NCBI GenBank assembly: GCA_963724515.1
Contig: CAVRUU010000003.1
Coordinates: 386,724 to 450,723 of the forward strand
Source of the DNA: Candidatus Eiseniibacteriota bacterium
GTDB taxonomy: Bacteria > Eisenbacteria > RBG-16-71-46 > SZUA-252
DNA: 64,000 bases
Direction: 5' to 3'
Shown here piece by piece: positions 47,373 to 55,993 of this stretch. Every line of letters starts with the position of its first letter. Positions within the stretch are counted from its first letter, which is position 1. The notes under the pieces were generated by a model, which saw only the letters and a program-made list of their open reading frames with translations, was not told where the DNA came from and ran no database searches. A program made the position numbers and the translations under genes.

Positions 47373-47975
47373 TCAAGGAGCGGGGGCGTTGTTGGGGTAA
47401 CAAGCGAGGATCAATCGGAACGAGTCGGCGGAACCCCCTCCCGGGAACCGCGCGGCACCCGCGGCGCCCGCGGCGCCGTACTTCTTCGCGACGGATTGGA
47501 CGGCGTCCTGAACGTCGCGAAGAAAGGCGGCGCGCTCGGCGGGCCTGGCGAGCACCACATGCGCGGAGAATCCCATCGAAGGCATGCTCTCCTGGTCCTT
47601 CGCCGCGAGACGCCCCACTTCCGTCTGCAACTCTTCCGCGAGGGCCAGGAGGAACCCGAGGCTCATGGGGTCGCGCGCGCGGCGCGCGCCGCCGATGCGA
47701 CCGACGAGACTCGGCGAGAGCCAGTAGGAGCGGGCGGTGGCGCGGTAGTACCCCTCGGCGATCGCGCGCACGCGCCGTTCCTCCACCTTCTCGATCGCCC
47801 CGGCGCGCTCGAGGACCTTCACGTGGTAGTAGATTTTCTGCGGCGTCTCACCGAGCGCTTCGGCCAGCTCCGTGCAGGTCCTCGGCTCGCCGGCACTGCG
47901 CAGAAGCTCCAGCCGGAGCGGGTTCAGGAGCGCACCCGCCTGTTCCGGTTTCTCGATCAGCATCACGTCGCGCAT
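47373..47975 (-). CDS. ArsR-family winged-helix transcriptional regulator with C-terminal extension
   Basis: Track ORF 47373..48035, trimmed to Met 21 (GAGAGAGG upstream; the longer ORF would begin inside the promoter). LNPLRLELLRSAGEPRTCTELAEALGETPQKIYYHVKVLERAGAI. Confidence 0.78.
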   Translation of the reverse strand: MRDVMLIEKPEQAGALLNPLRLELLRSAGEPRTCTELAEALGETPQKIYYHVKVLERAGAIEKVEERRVRAIAEGYYRATARSYWLSPSLVGRIGGARRARDPMSLGFLLALAEELQTEVGRLAAKDQESMPSMGFSAHVVLARPAERAAFLRDVQDAVQSVAKKYGAAGAAGAARFPGGGSADSFRLILACYPNNAPAP

Positions 47976-48013
47976 CGAGACCTCTCTCGGTACGAATGAC
48001 CAGCTATGTTTTA

Positions 48014-48043
48014 TTATACAAATACAGTTGTACAAAATTCAAG
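48014..48043 (-). promoter_or_regulatory. Sigma-70-like promoter TTGAAT-18 nt-TATAAT, with palindrome TTGTACAA in the spacer
   Basis: Read on the minus strand in an AT-rich stretch, ~35 nt upstream of the ArsR-like start. The 8-bp palindrome is at ~48029-48036. Hand-indexed. Confidence 0.5.
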
Positions 48044-48409
48044 AAAGACCACGGTCCCGGTGTTCGCGCCCCCAGGCTGGAACGCCGGAGGGGTGACCGA
48101 GAGGGCCAATGGAGACGCCAAAAAATGCGCCGAAATGGCCGGGAATCCGCATCAGTGCCCGCTTTTCAACATCTATACATTGAGGTACAATCTGTCTGTG
48201 CCCCAACATCTTGTGTTTTTTCTTGACGACCTTCTCACCCCGTGCGCTAGTGTGCGTCCCCGGCTCCTGAGGGAGCCGCCGACCATTCTGGGGGGTCGGG
48301 CCGGAGGGGCCGCGAAAGCGGCATTGGGAGGGCATCTCAAGGAGAGGGGCAAGCGATGGAGAGGGAACTCGCCAGCAGCGGGATGGCAATCTTGGAAGGC
48401 AGCACGGCA

Positions 48410-51157
48410 ATGAGCGCCCAGGGAAAGCAGGAATTCGGCGTGGAGAAGAAGGGCGGTCTCCGCTTCCCCCGGGTGTTCACCCGCGCCGGCTCGGACCCTT
48501 TCGACGAGGTCGAATGGGAACTCCGAACCGCCGCCATATCCAACGAGAGCGGTCAGGCCGTATTCGAGCAGCGCGACGTGGAATTCCCCAAGTTCTGGTC
48601 GCAGATGGCGACCAACGTCGTCGCCTCTAAGTACTTTCGCGGACAAATCGGGACCCCGCAGCGGGAGCGTTCGGTCAAGCAGCTCATCGGACGCGTGGTC
48701 CATTCGATCGCGGGCTGGGGACGGAAGCAGGGCTACTTCGCGTCGGACCTGGACGCCCAGTCCTTCTCCGACGAGCTCACCTACCTGCTCCTCCATCAGA
48801 AGGCCTCCTTCAACAGCCCGGTGTGGTTCAACTGCGGCGTGGAAACGAAGCCGCAGTGCTCGGCGTGCTTCATCAATTCGGTGTCCGACACGATGGAGGG
48901 GATCCTGACCCTGGCGAAGACCGAGGGTCTCCTCTTCAAGTGGGGCTCGGGAACGGGCACGAACTTCTCGTCGCTCCGCTCCTCGAAGGAGCACATCCAC
49001 GGGGGCGGCACCGCCTCCGGGCCGGTCTCCTTCATGAAGGGGTTCGACGCGTTCGCCGGCGTCATCAAGTCCGGCGGCCGCACGCGCCGCGCCGCGAAGA
49101 TGGTGATCCTGAACATCGATCACCCCGACATCGTCGAGTACATCAAGTGCAAGGCCGAGGAGGAGAAGAAGGCGTGGACGCTGATCGACGCGGGCTACAA
49201 CCCCTCGCTCAACGGGCCCGCCTATGCCTCGATCTTCTTCCAGAACTCGAACAATTCGGTCCGCGTGACCGACGAATACATGAAGGCGCTCGAGAAGGAC
49301 GATTCGTGGTCCACCAAGGCGGTCGTGACCGGAGACGTCGTCGACACGTACAAGGCGCGCGATCTCATGAACATGATCGCCGAGGCCGCGCACCAGTGCG
49401 GCGACCCCGGAATCCAGTTCGATACCACGGTGAACGACTGGCACACGTGCCCGAACACGGCGCGGATCAATGCGTCGAACCCGTGCAGCGAATACATGTT
49501 CCTCGACGACTCCGCCTGCAATCTCTCGTCGTTGAACCTCATGCAGTTCCTCCGCCCGGACAAGACCTTCGACGCCGACGCGTACAAGCACGGCGTCGAG
49601 ACCATGATCCTGGCGCAGGAGATCATCGTCGACAACGCGTCCTATCCCACGCCGGCGATCGAGAAGAACAGCCACGACTACCGTCCGCTCGGCCTCGGCT
49701 ACGCGAACCTGGGCGCGCTCCTGATGTCCTGGGGAATTCCCTACGACAGCGACGAGGGCCGCTCCGTCGCAGCGGCGCTGACGGCGCTCATGCACGGACA
49801 TGCCTACGCAACGAGCGCGCGCATCGCCGCGGTGCAGGGACCCTTCCCCGGCTACCAGAAGAACCGCGAGCCGATGCTCCGCGTGATCGCCAAGCACCGC
49901 TCGCACGTCGACCGGATCGACACGAAGAACCTCCCGCGCAACATGCGCGACCTGATGGACGGTATCCGCACCACGTGGGAGGAGTGCTACACGCTGGGAG
50001 CCGAGTACGGCTACCGGAACTCGCAGGTAACCGTGATCGCGCCCACGGGCACGATCGCTTTCATGATGGACTGTGACACCACAGGCATCGAACCCGACAT
50101 AGCACTCGTGAAGTACAAGAAGCTCGCGGGCGGCGGGATGCTCAAGATCGTGAACAACACGGTGCCCGAGGCGCTGCGTCGCCTCGGCTATGGGGAGGAG
50201 GCGGTGGATCGGATCGTGCGGTTCGTGGACGAGCACGAGACGATCGAGGGAGCACCCGAGCTCAAGGATGAGCACCTCCCTGTTTTCGATTGCGCGTTCA
50301 AGGCGAAGAACGGCACCCGCACCATCCAGCACATGGGCCATATCCGGATGATGGAAGCCGTGCAGCCGTTCATCTCCGGCGCGATCTCGAAGACCGTGAA
50401 CATGCCCGAGGCGGCGACAGCCCAGGACATCGCCGCCGCCTACGTGGCGGCGTGGAAGGCCGGTCTCAAGGCGATCGCGATCTACCGCGACGGCTCGAAG
50501 CGGAGCCAGCCGCTCTCGACGGGGAAAGAGGACCGGGGCGCCACGATGCCGGCCGCGCAGCCACGCCGGCGCAGGCTCCCCGACGAGCGGAAGTCGGTCA
50601 CGCACAAGTTTTCGGTCGGGGGGCACGACGGGTACTTGACCGTCGGGATGTACGAGGACGGCACCGCCGGCGAGATCTTCATCGTGATGGCGAAGGCCGG
50701 GAGCACGCTCTCCGGCGTGATGGATTCATTCGCGACCGCCGTCTCGCTGGGGCTCCAGCACGGCGTGCCGCTCAAGCTGTTCGTCAACAAGTTCAGCCAC
50801 GTGCGCTTCGAGCCGCACGGGTTCACCAAGAATTCCGACATCCCGATCGCGAAATCGATCGTGGATTACATCTTCCGCTGGCTCGGCATCAAGTTCCTGG
50901 GCTACGCGCCGGCGTCGGTGGCGCACGAGGCCGCGAAGGACGATCCGCTCGAGGCGGGCGGGGTCCAGCCGGTCGCCGAGTCCCAGCTCACGCTCATCAA
51001 CGGCGGGAACGGACACGGCCAGGAGGCGCTCGAGGACGATCGTTCGTTCGTCTCGCAGGCGGACGCGCCCCCCTGCTCCGACTGCGGCGCGATCATGGTG
51101 CGGCGCGGCGCGTGCTACTCGTGCTTGAACTGCGGCGCATCCAGCGGGTGCGCGTGA
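48410..51157 (+). CDS. nrdJ: Adenosylcobalamin-dependent ribonucleoside-diphosphate reductase (class II)
   Basis: Track ORF 48356..51157. I prefer Met 19 (GGAAGG upstream). PRVFTRAGSDPFDEVEWELRTA...FEQRDVEFPKFWSQMATNVVASKYF, the NPCSEY active-site region, and a C-terminal CxxC...CxxC tail. The start is uncertain. Confidence 0.92.
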   Translation: MSAQGKQEFGVEKKGGLRFPRVFTRAGSDPFDEVEWELRTAAISNESGQAVFEQRDVEFPKFWSQMATNVVASKYFRGQIGTPQRERSVKQLIGRVVHSIAGWGRKQGYFASDLDAQSFSDELTYLLLHQKASFNSPVWFNCGVETKPQCSACFINSVSDTMEGILTLAKTEGLLFKWGSGTGTNFSSLRSSKEHIHGGGTASGPVSFMKGFDAFAGVIKSGGRTRRAAKMVILNIDHPDIVEYIKCKAEEEKKAWTLIDAGYNPSLNGPAYASIFFQNSNNSVRVTDEYMKALEKDDSWSTKAVVTGDVVDTYKARDLMNMIAEAAHQCGDPGIQFDTTVNDWHTCPNTARINASNPCSEYMFLDDSACNLSSLNLMQFLRPDKTFDADAYKHGVETMILAQEIIVDNASYPTPAIEKNSHDYRPLGLGYANLGALLMSWGIPYDSDEGRSVAAALTALMHGHAYATSARIAAVQGPFPGYQKNREPMLRVIAKHRSHVDRIDTKNLPRNMRDLMDGIRTTWEECYTLGAEYGYRNSQVTVIAPTGTIAFMMDCDTTGIEPDIALVKYKKLAGGGMLKIVNNTVPEALRRLGYGEEAVDRIVRFVDEHETIEGAPELKDEHLPVFDCAFKAKNGTRTIQHMGHIRMMEAVQPFISGAISKTVNMPEAATAQDIAAAYVAAWKAGLKAIAIYRDGSKRSQPLSTGKEDRGATMPAAQPRRRRLPDERKSVTHKFSVGGHDGYLTVGMYEDGTAGEIFIVMAKAGSTLSGVMDSFATAVSLGLQHGVPLKLFVNKFSHVRFEPHGFTKNSDIPIAKSIVDYIFRWLGIKFLGYAPASVAHEAAKDDPLEAGGVQPVAESQLTLINGGNGHGQEALEDDRSFVSQADAPPCSDCGAIMVRRGACYSCLNCGASSGCA

Positions 51158-51185
51158 CGGGCTGAAGAGAGAAACAGGAATCGAA

Positions 51186-51218
51186 ACGGCCCCGGAGGGG
51201 AGCCCCCTCCGGGGCCGT
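51186..51218. terminator. Bidirectional intrinsic terminator hairpin between nrdJ and the convergent membrane-protein gene
   Basis: ACGGCCCCGGAGGGG-AGC-CCCCTCCGGGGCCGT: a perfect 15-bp stem followed by TCTCTATTC. Hand-indexed. Confidence 0.7.
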
Positions 51219-51241
51219 TCTCTATTCGATCGACGGGGCGA

Positions 51242-52342
51242 TTACCCCGGGAAGATCTGGGGCGGCGGCGGGCGCTTGGGGCCCTCGGGCGCGCGCCCGG
51301 GGGTCGGCCGCTGCTGCTGCTGAGGTTCCGGATCCGGCGCGAACGCGGGGTGCGGGATCTTGGGCGCCGCGGGCCGCGAGGGATCGAGCCCGCCCCCAGG
51401 ACTCGGCCGCTGCTGAGGTTCCGGATCCGGCGCGAACGCGGGGTGCGGGATCTTGGGCGCCGGGGGCCGCGAGGGATCGAGCCCGCCCTGGTGTGAGCCG
51501 CCGGCAGGCGCCGCGGGCGTGTAGGCGGGCGCCGGCGGCGCAGGCGCATGTGTCACCTGGCGTCCCGCGGGCTCGGTGTGTCTCCGCGGCACCTCTCCCG
51601 CCGTCCGCGAGTGCGTGATGCGCACCGGGACGCGCGAGAAGTATCGCTGGAGGAAGGTCACTCCGACCCCGAGCATCCAGAGTTGGAGCGGCAGCCCCAC
51701 GCCGTAGCGCATCGCGGGCCACTGCATCGGCTGGCTCGCTCTTCCGGTCGCGGTCGAGCTCCAGAAGTCCATGACGTAGACGAGCGCGCCCACGATCGCG
51801 ACAAGCGCTCCTCCCCACCCGAGCCAGACCGGGAGCAGGTCGCGCTTCACGGCGGCGGCGCCGCCGAAGATGACGGCCCCGAAGAGCAAGAGCGCCCCCG
51901 CGTAGAGCGCCCCCAGTTTCCAGAACCACACCACCGAGAAGAGCATCGTGGCGCCGCCGGCGTCGACGCCGTACAGGTTCGCGAAGAACCGATAGGCGTA
52001 GAGCTCGGCGCAAAGAAAGACGACCCAGATGCCGCCGCCGAGCAGCGCGCAGGTCGTTACGATCGCGGCCGACCCCGAGGAGCCTTTCAGGTGCAGCAGA
52101 AACGCGAACGCGCAGAACGCGATCGCGGCGATCGCGAAGCCGGCCGCCATCAGCGCGTGAATCTGCATCCAGGCCTCGCCCTTGGCGCCCGTGATCGACT
52201 GGAGCACGAGCCCCGTCTTGTTCACGTCGGGAAAGGTCGGGTGGACCAGCATCGTCGAGCCCACGAGGACGGAGGCGATCACGAAAGCGAACCCCGCGGT
52301 GCGCTCGATCGAACGGATCCGTTCTTCCATCACGTCGGCCAT
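51242..52342 (-). CDS. Hypothetical polytopic membrane protein with Pro-rich repeated C-terminal tail
   Basis: 366 aa with ~6-7 hydrophobic helices. The last ~110 aa are Pro/Ala/Gln-rich and contain a 31-aa tandem repeat. Confidence 0.65.
   Translation of the reverse strand: MADVMEERIRSIERTAGFAFVIASVLVGSTMLVHPTFPDVNKTGLVLQSITGAKGEAWMQIHALMAAGFAIAAIAFCAFAFLLHLKGSSGSAAIVTTCALLGGGIWVVFLCAELYAYRFFANLYGVDAGGATMLFSVVWFWKLGALYAGALLLFGAVIFGGAAAVKRDLLPVWLGWGGALVAIVGALVYVMDFWSSTATGRASQPMQWPAMRYGVGLPLQLWMLGVGVTFLQRYFSRVPVRITHSRTAGEVPRRHTEPAGRQVTHAPAPPAPAYTPAAPAGGSHQGGLDPSRPPAPKIPHPAFAPDPEPQQRPSPGGGLDPSRPAAPKIPHPAFAPDPEPQQQQRPTPGRAPEGPKRPPPPQIFPG
51306..51490. repeat. Tandem direct repeat, two ~93-bp units, inside the coding region
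   Basis: The TGAGGTTCCGGATCCGGCGCGAACGCGGGGTGCGGGATCTTGGGCGCC... unit recurs 93 bp later with few differences. It encodes GGLDPSRP(P/A)APKIPHPAFAPDPEPQQ twice. Hand-indexed. Confidence 0.8.
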
Positions 52343-52405
52343 TCGGGGCCTCCTTCCTTGGGTCCTCGACTCCTCAACGACTTGTCGGCAACTCCCGGAC
52401 GTTCC

Positions 52406-52972
52406 TTACTTCGCGGCGGGTGGCGTCTGTGGAGCGTCCCAGGCGGGCGGCGGCGGGAAGGCGATGATGGCGCCCTTGCCCGGAGCGCCCGGCGGCAGCC
52501 GATCCGGCACCTGGTGCATCACCGGGGTCAGGCTCTTCAAGTACTTGGCTATCGCCGCGGCGTCTTCATCGGTCAGAAAAGCCAGGTCGGGCCATGGCAT
52601 CGGTGGCAGGATCGTCGCCCCATCCGGGCGTTTCCCCATCCGGATCGCGTTCACGATGTCGGTCTCACTCCAGGCGCCGATTCCGGTCTGGGGCTCGGGG
52701 GTGAGGTTCCGCGCGTAGGTGACGCCCCACGGACCCTTCCAGCCGAGCTCGCTTCCGGAAAGCGTCCGAGTGGTATCCGGCACCGCCCAGAACGTGCCCG
52801 GCGTGTGGCAGTCGTTGCACCCGGTGATGGTGACCAGGTACCGGCCGCGCGCGACCACCTCGGCTTCGGACATCGGCGCCGGCACGGGTGTTTTCGGGAC
52901 GCAGGAAAGCAGGACGGCGGATACGATCGTCACCAGGGAGAAAGTGAGCACGACCGAGGGAATCCGACACAT
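52406..52972 (-). CDS. Monoheme c-type cytochrome, probable lipoprotein
   Basis: C-terminal 188 aa of track ORF 52406..53950. MCRIPSVVLTFSLVTIVSAVLLSC has a lipobox-like LLSC. Heme motif CNDCH and a distal PPMPW. Confidence 0.8.
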   Translation of the reverse strand: MCRIPSVVLTFSLVTIVSAVLLSCVPKTPVPAPMSEAEVVARGRYLVTITGCNDCHTPGTFWAVPDTTRTLSGSELGWKGPWGVTYARNLTPEPQTGIGAWSETDIVNAIRMGKRPDGATILPPMPWPDLAFLTDEDAAAIAKYLKSLTPVMHQVPDRLPPGAPGKGAIIAFPPPPAWDAPQTPPAAK

Positions 52973-53095
52973 GGTTCGATCTCCTTGAGGTTGGAACTCC
53001 GAGTGTCTCGAACCGACCGCGCGACGATACAGGAGCGGGCGCGGCCCGCGCAAGGGCGCTACCCTTTCCCTCGCCCGCGTGATACGGTCCGTTTC

Positions 53096-53890
53096 GTGGA
53101 TCAACCGCTCGACACGCGTTGGTTCGACCCCGCCCGCTGGAACGTCCTCATCGGGATCCTCTCCTTCACCTCGTTTCTCGTCATCAACATCTTCCGAGCG
53201 AAGTCGAAAGGCTCCCTCTACGTCCGGCCGATCGCGGGATTGAAGGCGCTCGACGAGGCGATCGGGCGCGCGACCGAGATGGGCCGCGCCGTGCTCTACG
53301 TGCCGGGCCTGAGCGACATGAGCGAGGTCGGAACGTTCGCCGCGATCACGATCCTCTACCGCATGGCGCAGCGCGTCGCGGAGATGGGATGCGACCTCGA
53401 GGTCCCCTGCTACGACCCGGTCGTGATGACGGTCCTGGACGGAGCCGTGCGGGACGCCTACTCGAAGGTGGGACGGCCCGACGCCTTCCGCCCCGGATGC
53501 GTGCACTACGTGAGCGCGCAACAGATGGCGTACGTGGGGGCCGTGAACGGCTACATGCTGCGGGAGCGCCCGGCCGCCAACATCTACATGGGCTCCTTCT
53601 ACGCGGAATCCCTGCTCCTCGCCGAAACCGGCGCCTCGACGGGCGCGATCCAGATCGCCGGCACCGACAAGGTGACCCAGCTTCCCTTCTTCGTGTGCGC
53701 GTGCGATTACACGCTGCTCGGGGAGGAGCTCTTCGCGGCGAGCGCCTATCTGGGCAAGGAGCCGGTCCAGCTCGCGACCATCATCGCGCAGGACTGGGCC
53801 AAGGCGCTCGCGGCCGCGGCGGTGATCGTGGCGCTCGCGCTTTCCGCGCTGGGCCACCCCTTCCTCACGACGTGGCTCAAGGTCGCGTGA
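53096..53890 (+). CDS. Unknown-function membrane protein A (N-terminal TM, ~200-aa soluble domain, C-terminal TM)
   Basis: C-terminal 264 aa of track ORF 51548..53890, from an in-frame GTG. The upstream part of that ORF is antisense to real genes. TM helices WNVLIGILSFTSFLVINIF and ALAAAAVIVALALSALG. I do not recognise a family. Confidence 0.65.
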   Translation: MDQPLDTRWFDPARWNVLIGILSFTSFLVINIFRAKSKGSLYVRPIAGLKALDEAIGRATEMGRAVLYVPGLSDMSEVGTFAAITILYRMAQRVAEMGCDLEVPCYDPVVMTVLDGAVRDAYSKVGRPDAFRPGCVHYVSAQQMAYVGAVNGYMLRERPAANIYMGSFYAESLLLAETGASTGAIQIAGTDKVTQLPFFVCACDYTLLGEELFAASAYLGKEPVQLATIIAQDWAKALAAAAVIVALALSALGHPFLTTWLKVA

Positions 53891-53909
53891 CGACGGGTCC
53901 GATTCCCTG

Positions 53910-54527
53910 ATGCGGCAAGGCCCGCTCCTCGTCACGTTCCTCTCCGGCACGATCGTCGCCGCGCTCTTCTTCGTCCCGCACTACAAGGCGCAGGCGGTGA
54001 ACAACAAGCTCCTCGAGTGGACGCTCGTCGTCTACGCCTTCGCGCTCATCCTGGGGTCCTTCTCCCTCTGGAACAGCCACGCCAAGAAAGTGAAGGCCCG
54101 CGCGGAAGGTTGGGGTTTCAGCATGGTCACGATGGGCGCGCTCGTGGCCATCACGGCCCTCGGCATCTGGAAAGGGGTCGGCGAGGGAACGCCGGTCGGG
54201 AAGATCTACGACACCGTGAATTCGCCGCTCGCGTCCACGATGTTCTCGCTCCTGGCCTTCGTCATCGCTTCCGCCGCGTTTCGGGCCTTTCGCGCCCGGA
54301 GCGTGGAGGCCACGCTCCTCCTGATCACGGCGATCGTGATGATGATCGGCCGCGTGTCGATCGGCCCGCTCATCTCCCCCCACCTGCCCGGCGTCACCGA
54401 ATGGCTGCTCGACGTGCCGAATCTCGCGGCCAAGCGGGCGATCGCGCTGGGTGTGGGCCTGGGCGCCGTCTCCATCGCGCTCAAGATCATTCTCGGGATC
54501 GAGCGGAGCTACCTTGGTAAATCCTGA
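53910..54527 (+). CDS. Unknown-function polytopic membrane protein B
   Basis: 205 aa with ~5-6 hydrophobic helices. 19 nt after gene A. I do not recognise a family. Confidence 0.65.
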   Translation: MRQGPLLVTFLSGTIVAALFFVPHYKAQAVNNKLLEWTLVVYAFALILGSFSLWNSHAKKVKARAEGWGFSMVTMGALVAITALGIWKGVGEGTPVGKIYDTVNSPLASTMFSLLAFVIASAAFRAFRARSVEATLLLITAIVMMIGRVSIGPLISPHLPGVTEWLLDVPNLAAKRAIALGVGLGAVSIALKIILGIERSYLGKS

Positions 54528-54530
54528 GCC

Positions 54531-55388
54531 ATGACGTGGGCCCGAAAGCTCCTCTCGATCGACCGGCGGATCATCTTCCTTCTGGTCGGAGCCGGCGTAA
54601 TCGTGCCGCTCCTTCTCCCCGTGAACCTTCCGATCACCGTGACGCCTCGCGTCCAGGCCGCGTTCGATGCCATCGACGCGCTGCCGCCCGGCTCGAAGGT
54701 GCTGATCTCGATGGACTACGAGCCCGACATCATGGCGGAGCTCTTTCCGATGTCGGTCGCCGTTCTGCGCCACTGTTTCAGGAAGCACATCCAGGTCATC
54801 GCGATGACGCTCTACCCGGCCGGCACCGGGCTCGGGGAACGGGCGCTCCGGACCGCGGCGGCGGCCGAGGGCGCCACGCTCAACAAGGACTACGCGTGGC
54901 TCGGGTACAAGTCGGGCTTCCAGGTGGTGATGATCGGCATCGGTGAGAACCTGCGCGGCATGTACCCGGTCGATTTCTACGGCACGCCGCTCGACTCCAT
55001 TCCGGTGACGCGCGGCGTGAACTCGTACCGGCAGATGGCGATGGTCGTCAACCTGAGCGGGTCCTCGGGGACCGACTACTGGATCCAGTTCGCCCAGGGG
55101 CGCTTCCACGCCCCGCTGGTCATCGGCTGCACCGCGGTCATGGCGACCGACTACTACCCGTACCTCTCGTCGAGGCAGATCCTGGGGCTCGTGGGAGGCA
55201 TGAAGGGCGCCGCGGAATACGAGCGCCTGATCGACGTGGTCGGCGACGCCCGCCGCGGGATGGACGCGCAGAGCGTGGTCCACCTGATCGTCGCGCTGCT
55301 CGTGATCGTCGGAAACCTGGCGCTCTTCATCAGCAGGCGCGCCGGCGAGGATCTGGGCGGCCGGGCCGCGGGGAGCATGACGCGATGA
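54531..55388 (+). CDS. Unknown-function membrane protein C (same architecture as A; probable paralogue)
   Basis: 285 aa. N-terminal TM IIFLLVGAGVIVPLLL, a soluble domain, and C-terminal TM VVHLIVALLVIVGNLALFI. It aligns collinearly with A by eye. 3 nt after gene B. Confidence 0.65.
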   Translation: MTWARKLLSIDRRIIFLLVGAGVIVPLLLPVNLPITVTPRVQAAFDAIDALPPGSKVLISMDYEPDIMAELFPMSVAVLRHCFRKHIQVIAMTLYPAGTGLGERALRTAAAAEGATLNKDYAWLGYKSGFQVVMIGIGENLRGMYPVDFYGTPLDSIPVTRGVNSYRQMAMVVNLSGSSGTDYWIQFAQGRFHAPLVIGCTAVMATDYYPYLSSRQILGLVGGMKGAAEYERLIDVVGDARRGMDAQSVVHLIVALLVIVGNLALFISRRAGEDLGGRAAGSMTR

Positions 55389-55993
55389 TCGAGACCTGGG
55401 TCGCGGCCTTCCTCACGCTCTGCGTCTTCTCGTTCCTCTACAAGGAGAATCCGTTCTACCGCTTCGCCGAGCACCTCTTCGTGGGAGCGGCCGCGGGCTA
55501 TCTGCTCGCCGTGCAGTGGCACAACGTGCTCCTTCCGAACGTATGGACGCCGCTGCGCGGCGGCGACCTGGTCGTGCTGGTCCCGCTCGTGCTCGGGCTC
55601 ATGATGCTCGCCCGCGCGTGGGAAAAGGGGGCGGGAATCGCGCGCTGGTCGATCGCCTTCTACGTGGGCATCTACTCGGGGGTCGCGATTCCGGGATACA
55701 TGCAGGCGCAGATCTTCGCCCAGCTCGCCGACGCCGCGAAGCCCTGGCCGGCCGGGTGGGGAGCGGTGAACTCCGCCCTCATCTTCGTGGGGTTCCTCAC
55801 GGTGCTCGCCTATTTCTTCTTCTCGGCGCCGCATCAGGGATGGCACGGTGTGAACGCCCGGATCGGCGTCTACTTCCTGATGGTGGCCTTCGGCGCGAGC
55901 TTCGGCTACACGGTGATGGCGCGCGTCTCGCTTCTCATCTCGCGGATTCAGTTTCTGCTCCGGGACTGGCTCCACGTGCTGCCGAACGTCTAG
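55385..55993 (+). CDS. Unknown-function polytopic membrane protein D
   Basis: 202 aa with ~6 hydrophobic helices. ATGA overlap with gene C. Confidence 0.65.
   Translation: MIETWVAAFLTLCVFSFLYKENPFYRFAEHLFVGAAAGYLLAVQWHNVLLPNVWTPLRGGDLVVLVPLVLGLMMLARAWEKGAGIARWSIAFYVGIYSGVAIPGYMQAQIFAQLADAAKPWPAGWGAVNSALIFVGFLTVLAYFFFSAPHQGWHGVNARIGVYFLMVAFGASFGYTVMARVSLLISRIQFLLRDWLHVLPNV

Noticed and set aside
48040-48170. Possible cobalamin riboswitch upstream of the B12-dependent nrdJ
   Set aside because: Fragments resemble riboswitch pieces (GGGAATCC...CAG..CCCGC and GGAGACGCC). However, they are in the wrong order, the B12 box is not intact, no GCCACTG core is present, and repression of a B12-dependent enzyme by B12 is not the expected logic.
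48006-48413. 135-aa plus-strand ORF inside the nrdJ leader
   Set aside because: It starts inside the promoter of the divergent ArsR-like gene and spans AT-rich then hairpin-rich non-coding-looking sequence. It has no motifs and runs out of frame into the nrdJ start region.
48173-50626. 817-aa minus-strand ORF antisense to nrdJ
   Set aside because: For the same reason: it is a low-complexity Arg/Gly/Asp/Leu-rich shadow ORF opposite a clearly real, highly conserved gene.
51548-53095. N-terminal ~515 codons of the 780-aa plus-strand ORF 51548..53890
   Set aside because: This part is antisense to the membrane-protein and cytochrome c genes and looks like a shadow frame. Only the last 264 codons, from the GTG at 53096, have membrane-protein character. 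The same logic was used to trim ORFs 9784..11619, 32423..34822, 43559..46030, 20504..21664 and 52406..53950.
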